Origin: Octopus vulgaris
Taxonomy: Eukaryota
Direction of reading: 5' to 3'
Length of the DNA: 64,000 bases
NCBI GenBank assembly: GCA_951406725.2
Contig: OX597821.1
Location: forward strand, 94,798,001-94,862,000
This document shows positions 53,628 to 64,000 of this stretch, one piece after another. The notes beneath the pieces are model-generated. The model was not told the origin of the DNA and made no database searches. It worked only from the letters and a program-made list of their open reading frames with translations. The translations under genes and the position numbers were made by a program. How positions within the stretch are numbered: the first letter of the stretch is position 1; the number at the start of each line of letters is the position of its first letter.

Positions 53628-53967
53628 AACAAGAGCACTCAGAGAGCGCAAACCTCCACCAAGGCAACATCAACGTCTTCTCAACGATTAGCCAGAGATG
53701 ATTTTTAAAATGACAATATCTGAAATGAACTCGACTGCTCTCACAAACGAGAATACTAAAAATGAACCCGACCGCTCTCAAAAATAAATAAAAAACAGGA
53801 AAAATAATCGATCCCAAAATCTAATCAGTTCGTGCCAGACACGAGGTCAAACATCCCTGAAAGTTTCATCTGAATCCATCCAGGGGTTCTTGAGTTATCA
53901 AGTCCATGGATAAACAAACAAACAAACACCACTGAAAACAATACCTTCGCGAAGGCGGAGGCAATAA
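53628..53967 (-). mobile_element. Helentron-associated (HINE/DINE-like) non-autonomous element
   Basis: ACCTCCACCAAGG / GGCGGAGGCAAT subterminal repeats, hairpin GCACTC(AGA)GAGCGC, (AAAC)n tract. Confidence 0.72.
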
Positions 53968-54099
53968 TGACGACGATAACAACAGCAGCAAAAACATTAA
54001 CAACAACTACTACTATTACTGTTGCTATTGCTGCTATTGCTATTACTATTACAACCATTACTACTACAATGAATACGTATAGAACCCGAAACCATGTTC

Positions 54100-54260
54100 A
54101 GGTGTGACTGTGAAGTTAACAAGTTTGCTTCCCTATCTGTAGTCTTGGGTCCCGTGCCACTGCGCGGCACCTTGAGCAAATGTCTTCTACTATAACCCCA
54201 GGCCAGCTTAGGTCTTGTGAGTGGATTTAGTACACGGATATTGAAAGAAGCTTGTCGTAC
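54100..54260 (+). mobile_element. SINE family A, 5' half; the 3' half resumes at ~55730-55900 after the mariner
   Basis: CCACTGCGCGGCACCTTGAGCAAATGTCTTCT..GAAGCTTGTCG; downstream TTTGTCCCCGC..GACAACCGGTGTTG..GTGGTGCCCC. Confidence 0.7.
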
Positions 54261-54347
54261 ATATGTGTATGTATATATGCATGTATGCATGCATGTATAT
54301 ATGCATGTATCTATTTATCTATCTATCTATCTATCAATTCATATATA

Positions 54348-55626
54348 TCAGTTCATCCCATAAGTAATGTTCGGACTTTTATATTTTCAATTTGTAAACG
54401 CTTTAACAATATTTTAGAATATCTAATGGCATGAAGTAATATTTATATGTATTTAGACATATTTAAACAAATTAAACTTCATTTTGCATTATAATATAAT
54501 TGAAATTTCTCTAATGTATAGCTCTTCAAACAGGGAAGTGTCTAAGGAGCATTTGCGGCACATAATACTTTATGAATTTAAAAAAAGGGAACTCTGCAGC
54601 TGAAGAGACTCGAATATTCACTCAGCTTATGGAGAAGAGTACATGAATGAAAGAAGTTGCAGAAGATGGTTGGTAAAATTCAGAAGTAGAGATTTTAACC
54701 TTGAAGATGAGGCCTGAACAGGACGTCCAATTGAGGTTGATGACAAGCTCCTTTTGGCAAAACTTGGAATAGATCATGCATTTTCAGTTGAGGAATTGAT
54801 AAGCAAGCTTCGTTCAAGCCATACAGCTGTTCACTGCCATCTTCAACAGCTTGGAAAGTCCCAACACTCAGGAAATGGATGCCTCATGAATTGTTTGACG
54901 CCTACTGCAAATCCCGAGAGGACATCTGCTCTTCTTTTCCTTCTCGTGAACTCCTCTCGTTCTTTTTGGACAGATTGGTGACCGGCGATGACAAATGGTT
55001 CTTATATCAAAATGTTGAGCGTCGTAGACATTGGCTTGATGAAGGGGAAAAGGCCCAACCACAACCGAAAAGAGAACTCCACGAGAGAAAGGTTCTTCTC
55101 TTTTTTTGGAGGAAGATTTCTAAGGAGCCATCCATTTTTACATGCTACCAGCTAATGCAACAATTAATGCTCAAATCTACTGTCAGCAATTAGAGCATTT
55201 GAACGCTGCTTTGAAGAAGAGGAAAAAAGTGATTAGAAAGGAAGTGGTATTTCATTAGGACAGTGCAAAAACCCACACTGCAAAGATCACGTCACAGAAG
55301 ATCAAGGAACTTGGCTGGGAGAAAATTGCTAATCCCCTTTATTCCCCAGACCTAGCTCCTTCAGATTACCATTTGTTCAGTAGTTTACAGAATCATTTGG
55401 CTGAGTTAACTCTTGAAACAACTGAGGAAGTCGAAACTGACCTTTCAGAGTTCTTCGCTTCGACACCGGTAGAGGTTTTCACTAATGAAATTAAAAAGGT
55501 TATCAGTAGATGGAAAGATGTCTTAGATAATCATGGAAACTGTATTGATGATTAAGTTTCATTAAAATGTAAGATTTGATCACTTGTTTTCCTTATTTAA
55601 GATCCGGATATTACTCATATGATGAC

Positions 55627-55630
<4 letters not shown>
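54348..55630 (+). mobile_element. Full-length mariner transposon (~1.28 kb), inactive
   Basis: ~28-bp imperfect TIRs TCAGTTCATCCCATAAGTAATGTTCGGA / TCCGGATATTACTCATATGATGACCTGA, flanked by TA. Confidence 0.92.
54533..55555 (+). pseudogene. Mariner D,D34D transposase pseudogene
   Basis: WMPHEL, VTGDDKW and DSAKTH...YSPDLAPSDYHLF, with 34 residues between the last two Asp; stops and frameshifts. Confidence 0.92.
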
Positions 55631-55677
<47 letters not shown>

Positions 55678-56286
55678 AGGTGGAATATGAATGTATGTAG
55701 GCGTAGAGTTGCGTGAGGGCAGAGTGTATGTCATTCTGTTTGCGTTTGTCCCCGCAACAACCGTCTGACAACCGGTGTTGCTTTGTTTACCTCCCCGTAA
55801 AAACACTTTAAAGATGAGGACCGGGACAGATTTCAACTAAACTTTACAACGTGGTGCCCCGGTATGACCTTAGTCCGATAACTGAAATAAGTAAAACACA
55901 AAAGGCAAAATAACCTTAGCCAAAAATTCGTGCGCTGCATGAACTCGGAGACTATGAAGTAGAAACGCAGCATTGGTCCTGTCAACACGTACGTGTAAGA
56001 CACGGCAAAGTTTATCTTTTATTTTCTTTCTCTCTCTGCTAATATTTTCACATGGAATTTGTCACGTATATACAATTTGTAATATGTATTTAATAGGTTT
56101 GTAATCTGGCTTCAGAGTGGCAAGTGGAATGTCAAGTACCGAAGATTACAGGTAATAACATTTAGATACATTTGTTGTCAGTAGATATGTGTATGTGTTT
56201 ATATAAACACACACACACGCACATATGTACGTATGTATGTATATATGTATGTATATATATATATATATATACACACACAGAAACAT

Positions 56287-56340
<54 letters not shown>

Positions 56341-56376
56341 ATATATATATATATATATACACACATATATATATAT

Positions 56377-56640
56377 AGTTGAAAGTTACAGAAAAACAAA
56401 ACACGAAGACAAGTGTATGAACAACAAGGTAAATGACGCTTGGGGAAGTGAGAAAGTCTCTTATGTTTCGAGCCTACGCTCTTCAACAGAAAGAAACACG
56501 ATGAAATAGAGAGAGAATAAAATAACTTGTAGATTTAGCGATAATCATGGCGACTGGTTGGGAAAAATAGTTTGACGAGAGGGCTAGGAAGAAGGGGAGA
56601 TAATAAAGTACTGGTGATCCCAAAACGAAGGTGCGCGCAC
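56377..56640 (-). mobile_element. HHR-like short element, CUGUNGA family (copy 3)
   Basis: 56458-56493 reads CUUU-CUGUUGA-A-GAGC(GUAG)GCUC-GAAAC-AUA^AGAG. Confidence 0.7.
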
Positions 56641-56763
56641 ATGTGTGTATGTATGTACATATATATATGTATGTATGTAGATACATACACACATGCATAC
56701 ACCCCACACCCACACGTGTGTATGTGTGTGTGTATAGATGACCCGGTATCTATATGTATATAA

Positions 56764-56994
56764 GGCGGCGAGCTGGCAGAAACGTTAGGACGCTGGGCGA
56801 AATGCTTAGCAGTATTTCGTCTGCCGCTACGTTCTGAGTTCAAATTCCGCCGAGGTCGACTTTACCTTTCATCCTTTCGGGGTCGATTAAACAAGTACCA
56901 GTTACGCACTGGGGTCGATGTAATCGACTTAATCCGTTTGTCTGTCCTTGTTTGTCCTCTCTGTGTTTAACCCCTTGTGGGTAATAAAGAAACA
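56764..56994 (+). mobile_element. SINE family C, full-length with probable TSD
   Basis: GGTATCTATATGTATATA on both sides (56745-56762 and 56995-57012). Confidence 0.93.
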
Positions 56995-57475
56995 GGTATC
57001 TATATGTATATATATTTCTAGCTGTGAGTGCATGCGTGTGTGCATGTCTTGGCGTCATCAAACAATGGATTTCAGCCGTATAAATTACGACTCACAACTC
57101 TCATACCTCTACATTCATCACCAAATGTTTTCAAGGGAAATACTTCAGTTATTGTGCACAGAACAAATATAACAAATATATTTAAGCCACTGGGAAATTT
57201 TTAAGATTTGAATCTCTTGAGACTGCAATCCAGAAAAGAAAAAAAGCAGAAAAGCTGGGTATTTGATGTGTGTGCGCGCATATGTGCGTGTGTTATTTTA
57301 TGTCGAACGAATGCGAACGGAGTACTCAATACATGTAGAAAATAGGAGTTTTCCATTGAAACTGAAGATCAGAGTGTCACACGATTCGAGTTTCAAGATA
57401 GCGCTATCTTCAGACGAAACTCAGTTGCAATAAAAAAGAAAATGTACATGTACACATGTGTGTGTATGTGCTTGT

Positions 57476-57517
<42 letters not shown>

Positions 57518-57575
57518 AAGAGATGAAGAGAGAGAGAGAGAGAGCAAACACATATATATATGCACACATGCACAA

Positions 57576-57636
<61 letters not shown>

Positions 57637-57639
<3 letters not shown>

Positions 57640-58017
57640 ATATATAAACGGCAGTTTGTCTGTGCGTGTTTCTGTGTGTCTGTTTTCTCGTACCCTCACC
57701 CTGACCACGGCTTTCAACCGATTCTGATGAAACTTGACACACACATAGCCCAATGTCATAATTCAAAACTAACGCAGCGAAAATTTTGAAAAGTTAACCC
57801 CAGTTCTGAAAAAAATCGATAAATTCGACATGGGGTCGAGAATCAAAAAAAACAAACCACAGACTGTCTAGGGGACGCAACTCAACCTTTTTTTACTCTC
57901 AAAAAAAATTTACCATAATTTTTTTCCATTTTTTTGCTATTTTTTGGCTATAACTCTCTAAAAATGCTTTATAGTTATTTCCCTTACAAACCTGAGCAAC
58001 GCCGGGCGATACTGCTA

Positions 58018-58018
<1 letters not shown>
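57637..58018 (+). mobile_element. Non-autonomous Helitron
   Basis: 5' TCTATATATAAA, 3' GC-rich hairpin region then CTAG; inserted between A and T in (TA)n. Confidence 0.85.
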
Positions 58019-58066
<48 letters not shown>

Positions 58067-58089
58067 CATACATACATAAATACATATAT

Positions 58090-58150
58090 ATATTGTTATA
58101 TTTCGGAATGGTCATATTGCCAGTTTGACTATTCCGAAATATAACAATAT
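58090..58150. repeat. Hairpin / short fold-back
   Basis: ATATTGTTATATTTCGGAATGGTCA...TGACTATTCCGAAATATAACAATAT. Confidence 0.85.
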
Positions 58151-58203
58151 CTGTTTCAACACACGACTTCACATAAAAAATCTTGCACAACAAATATTTA
58201 AAC

Positions 58204-58242
<39 letters not shown>

Positions 58243-58658
58243 CACAATTGCATACATGCGTAACATATGTGGACGATAGAGCTGAGAGAAATGTCCTGAG
58301 AAATATTCTGCTTGTTAGATACTCGCACGCTAATGTCCCACATACGAAATAGGATGAATTGAAAATCTTCATTTACCTGATATCTTTGCAATTGACAGAC
58401 AAGCGTTCCTTCTATGGTTTTTAAGATTTAAAAACCGCAAACAAGACTCACACACACTCGTTAAATAGACCCCATTGAGCACTGGGGGACGATGTTGTAG
58501 ACTAACTCCATCCCATCAATAAACAGCAAACAAGACTGATAACTCAAATAATATGTTAATCTAGATTTGGGGGAAATATCGAAAATGCACCTGATATTTT
58601 AAAGCCAATCAGCCAAAATAATGGACGTTTTGATCTTATTAGACCTTTCAAAGATATA

Positions 58659-59553
58659 CGTGATGTGATCAATCAGTATCCGGGCAGTTGCTACAACGAA
58701 GCAAAAACACAGAGCGTATAGCCGCTTGGCACAGATTGACCTGGAGCTCTGCTGTTGCATGCCACTAAGTTTGAACGTTCTTGTTCACATCCACTGTTTA
58801 CAGCAGTACTTGGAATGAAGGAGTGTAGCGTACGATCGTCGCACTGACCATGACAAATAAAGTTGAACAGAGAATCTGTATCAAATTTTGCCAAAAGCTT
58901 GGCGATACCTGCTCAGAGGCGTACGCAAAGTTTTCAAAAAGTTTTCATTGTTCTCGACACTATCAAAGAGATCTTTTGCTACTGAAACCCGAGTGTCTTT
59001 TCGGTCATCTGAATGCAGTTTTGGCACAAACTTGGCAGACACGTGTCTCATACCAATATCTTCAGTGATAATGGACTGGACTGAACTGAACCGTAACCAA
59101 TCTGCACATCCTCTGATAACTCACGGATGGTGATTCGACGATTTCCCCTCAGAGCTGTACACACATCTGCAATGTTTTTCTCAGTCCTGCTGGTTGCAGG
59201 TCTCCCTGACCGTTCGCCAATCTCGACATTTTTTTCTGCCGTCTTGGAAACGTCTGAACCATTCGTACACTTGTGTACGACTCATACACTCCTCTCCATA
59301 CACTTTCCGTAACTTTGCACAGGTCTCTGAGCAGGTATCGCCATAACCTACTCTGTCATGATCAATGTGACGATCACATGCTACATACCTTCCTTCCAAG
59401 TACTACTGTAAACAGCGGAAGTAAACTTGAACGTTAAAACTTAGTGCACATGCACAGCAAAGTTCAAGGTCAATTTGTGCCAAGCAACTTCATTCTGAGT
59501 GCTTCAGCTTCGTTACTATAGGAACAGTCCGGATACTTATTGATCAGACCTCG
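58659..59553. mobile_element. Mariner derivative built from two opposed 5' ends
   Basis: TA-flanked TIRs. + strand reads MTNKVEQRICIKFCQKLGDTCSEAYAK; - strand reads GDTCSETCAKLRKVYGEECMSRTQVYEWFRRFQDGR..RSGRP..VSAKFVPK. Confidence 0.85.
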
Positions 59554-60007
59554 TACATACAGATAATTAAATTGTTTATGACGAAAACTTAAGCCATGGA
59601 ATTAAGTGCTATGCTTATTTCTTTTCATTCTCTAGCTCGTAAACATCTAGCGTCTTGCTAATTTGAGAACACATTTTTCGTGGTAGGATGGTTTGACGTC
59701 TATCTTTAGCAAACAAGGAATCCACTTAGTGGTCTCTCTCCTCTTATTTATTTTCAATTACACACACACACATATGTATATGTATGTATATGTATGGATG
59801 GATGGATGGATGTATGTGTGAGTATATGTATGTATGTATGCACATATGTATGTCAACTCATGCATATGTATGTGTATGATTGCGTTTGCACATGCGCTCT
59901 CTCACACACACTCATTAATTTGACCCCATTTGAGCACTGGGGGCCGATGTTGCTGACTAACTCCACCCCTTCAAATTTCAGGCCTTGTGACTATAGTAGA
60001 AAGGATC

Positions 60008-60298
<291 letters not shown>

Positions 60299-60856
60299 CA
60301 AGTGGCAAGCTACCTGAAACATTACTTGTTTTGCATCCCTCTTTGCATCTAAATGTTTAAATCGCTGGAGAGGAAAAGTTAAAATTTTGACTGCTTGTTG
60401 TTGTTGTTGTTGGTGCTGTTGTTGTTTTTGTTGTTGTTGTTGCTATTGCTATTACTGTTGTTGTTGTTGCTTTTGTTGCTGTTGTTTTTGTTGTTGTTAG
60501 TGGTGGTGGTGGTGCTGCTGCTGCAAGGATGTTTACAAGGAAGAATTTCCAACTCCCCCGGAGATGCCTAAGTGTCGATTCGGAAACAGTGAAGTGTAAG
60601 TGCGTATAAGTGTTTGTTTGTGTGTATATGTGTGTGTGGTTACTCACTCTATCTCTGTGTTTGTGTGTGTGTGTAACTTTTCTTCTCTCTGTCTCTGATT
60701 CTCTATCACTCTTTCTTTCTTTCTCTCTTTTTCCCCCTATCAGTATGTACGTCACGTACGCTTAGACGAACGAACGGTTATCGAGCAACAATACCCAATG
60801 GCAATACCTGTCACTATCACGCTACAAAAACAACCACAATATTACACACGTACATG

Positions 60857-61370
<514 letters not shown>

Positions 61371-61710
61371 CCTTCGCTCCTTCTCAAACACACACACACG
61401 CATGCACGCACACACACACACACACACACACTCACACACTTATACACATACACATGGTACATACATTCGATCTGAAATTAATACTACCGATAAATGTAAC
61501 CAACATTATAAGCAACTGTCCAAAAATATCATAATGATGTTATCTATCTTTGCGGTTTTATGATGGGCAAAACACTATGTGATGCAAATCCTGGAAAGGA
61601 TATCCTGAAAGATAGAAAAATGTTATAAGTTACATCGATGTAAAGGGTATACTCACAACACGAAAGAATAGCGTAGGAATGTTCTAATGATAATAATAAT
61701 AATAATAATA

Positions 61711-61777
<67 letters not shown>

Positions 61778-61779
<2 letters not shown>

Positions 61780-62407
61780 GCCCTGATGCGGTACCAGGCA
61801 GTGGCTCTATGCCCTGATGCAGTACCAGGCAGTGGCTCTATGCCCTGATGCAGTACCAGGCAGTGGCTCTCCTGGTTTCTAATCTAAGCTTATTGGAAGA
61901 GTTATTGGAAGCTTATTGGAAGACATTGTTTTGTCTTGGTATAAAAGATGGGCTACAGCAAATATTCTGCTCAATACCACAGATTTGCTTGTCAGTTGTT
62001 TGACCTTAACCAGTTGAGCATGTCCCTTTGTGGCCGACGATATGTGTATCTCTGATCACGAGCAGAAGTAGTGGGGGAGCATCATAGCCGTGTGTTGAGA
62101 GGGATTCTTTGGGGTTTGAATAATTCACCTCTGGAAACATGGGTGGTTCTTTCAACATTCTTAAACAACCCTTATTCAGGGACCTTTTGAGCGGGATGGG
62201 CTACTCAATCTGAAGAAAATTCTAACTAGGCCCCACCTGCAAGGTCATGTGCTGTTTATCTTGATATGAGATCACCATGTCGCGCACATATGGTTGTGAT
62301 GCATGTGCCTGGTGTACCCTTATCAGGCGGGTAGTCATGATGGGTATATTGGGCTTCGTATATTTTACCCCAGTGTCACTTTGATGGCATGAACTGCTCT
62401 CTCACTC

Positions 62408-62408
<1 letters not shown>
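61778..62408 (+). mobile_element. Non-coding element embedded in (AAT)n with a 3x31-bp terminal tandem repeat
   Basis: ATGCCCTGATGCAGTACCAGGCAGTGGCTCT x3 (61778-61870); (AAT)n on both sides; no ORF. Confidence 0.65.
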
Positions 62409-62457
<49 letters not shown>

Positions 62458-62549
62458 TGATGATGATGATGATGATGATGATAATAATAATAATAATAAT
62501 GATAATAATAATAATAATGATAATAATAGTAATAATAATGATAATAGTA

Positions 62550-62588
<39 letters not shown>

Positions 62589-62817
62589 GTAATAATAATA
62601 ATAATGAGGAGGAGGAGGAGGAGGAGGAGAGGAGAAGAAGAAGAAGAAGAAGAAGAAGAAGAAGAAGAAGAAGAAGAAGAAGAAGAAGAAGAAGAAGAAG
62701 AAGAAGAAGAAGAAGAAGAAGAAGAAGAAGAAGAAGAAGAAGAAGAAGAAGAAGAAGAAGAAGAAGAAGAAGAAGAAGAAGAAGAAGAAGAAGAAGAAGA
62801 AGAAGAAGAAGAAGAAG
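62409..62817. repeat. Compound trinucleotide repeat (AAT/GAT/GAG/GAA)
   Basis: Direct reading. Confidence 0.98.
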
Positions 62818-62828
62818 GAAATCGCTAG

Positions 62829-63114
62829 GTAAAATTAAGCAAAACAGCTAAAGATAATGATTTGCGACACTTGGAAATGAAGGTGTGTACACTGTCAGAG
62901 GTCAGTTGTCCGGCTGATATTAACAAAATGTTAAAGATAAGCGGAAATGCAGTCTTGTGTAACAATGGTTTGGTCAACTGTGAATTGCTGAATTCAACGT
63001 TCCCTAAAGAACGCAAGGAGGATTCTTGCCAATGTCCTCATATATATATACAATTAGACCAATACATATGCTTCAAAAAGACTCAATGTATACACGATGA
63101 AAATAAACCCGCTG
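62829..63114 (+). CDS. Possible Cys-rich exon or pseudo-exon, product unknown
   Basis: Non-repetitive open frame VCTLSEVSCPAD..LCNNGLVNCELL..SCQCPHIYIQLDQYICFKKTQCIHDENKPA. It ends at G|GAATGT, which resembles a GTATGT donor but is non-canonical. Confidence 0.22.
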
Positions 63115-63894
63115 GAATGTTTTCTCTATTATTTTACTTTCTTTACTCGCTCAAGGCTTTCTTTTTTTTACCTGGCAGCTGCTGGAACAAAATTTCGTAT
63201 CTTTTTGATATTTATTGTGCAGGCTCATAACAAAATGGGTTTACTTTAAGTATAATACATAGATGATTACTCGAATCTGCCTCAATTAGGTACACCGGAT
63301 TTTTAATTAGTCGAGCGGTTATTCGCAATATCAGTGAATAATTTAAGAGACGGCGAACTCTTGTCCGTGCATATAGCTGGCTGCGAGTTACGCGCCATTA
63401 AAAAAGGCACCAAAGAGGTCGAAATGTCTCAGATCTTCTCGCTGGTCGCTGCCATGGCCAATATTCGTTTCTCTCTTAAGGAATGTTTTCTTAGAACAAA
63501 TACTGCAGTAACTGGCCTATCGACAGTGTCCATACATTAAATATAATACATGAATTGCTATTTTAAAGTTACTTTAAGATAATGATTATTATTTAACATA
63601 GGCTCACGAGCAGTGGATGGAATTTACTCAAATACACGAGTAATTTTCATTTTATCGACCTTAGAATATTTGCATAAAAATATCCCACCAAATATTATCC
63701 ACTATTTAATTATTTCTTCCTCTTTACTGTTTTCTATATTATTTTGTAATTCTTATAATTCATACTGTCTTTAAGGTGATAAATTCTAGCGTTGGAGTAC
63801 GATAGAATCATTCCCATTATTGAATTGGCGTTTATTCTCTGTTTTCAACCTCAGGGTGTTTAATTAGACTTCGATGGAATTTTAACTGAGTAGA

Positions 63895-64000
63895 ATGTAT
63901 CGACCCCAGTAATTATTTTTCTTTTAAAGCCTGGTACTTATTCTGTCGCTTATTTTTGCCGAACCGCTAAGTTACGAGGATATAAACACACCAGCACCAG
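63895..64000 (-). mobile_element. SINE family A fragment running off the window
   Basis: TCGACCCCAG..GGTACTTATTCT..TTTTGCCGAACCGCTAAGTTACG..TAAACACACCAGCA. Confidence 0.85.

Noticed and set aside
61778-61870. 31-bp direct repeats resembling a CRISPR array
   Set aside because: The repeats are contiguous with no spacers, there are no cas genes, and the context is eukaryotic.

Overview
AT-rich, microsatellite-saturated animal genomic DNA that is intronic or intergenic. The SINE families and repeat landscape point to a coleoid cephalopod, probably Octopus (inference). No intact protein-coding gene is evident, and nearly all listed ORFs are translations of simple repeats or SINEs. Recognisable content: three tRNA-derived SINE families with many copies; decayed LINE fragments (Tx1/L1-like RT, RTE with a 5' inversion, CR1-like 3' ends); Penelope-like (PLE) fragments; a full-length dead D,D34D mariner plus mariner MITEs; Helitron-type and Helentron/HINE-type non-autonomous elements; a piggyBac-like MITE; and an (AAT)n-embedded element. 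The most notable signal is a set of unrelated short non-coding elements, mostly inside (TA)n tracts and often folded back as long palindromes, that carry type I hammerhead ribozyme (HHR) folds. One has a fully canonical core. Others have family-specific variant cores (CCGACGA, CUGUUGA, UUGAUAA). One ~362-bp unit has terminal redundancy and a 17-bp flanking duplication, as expected of a retrozyme or PLE terminal-repeat derivative. A pair of duplicated 146-nt exon-like segments may be mutually exclusive exons of an unidentified host gene. All folds and alignments were read by eye, so coordinates of decayed elements are approximate.
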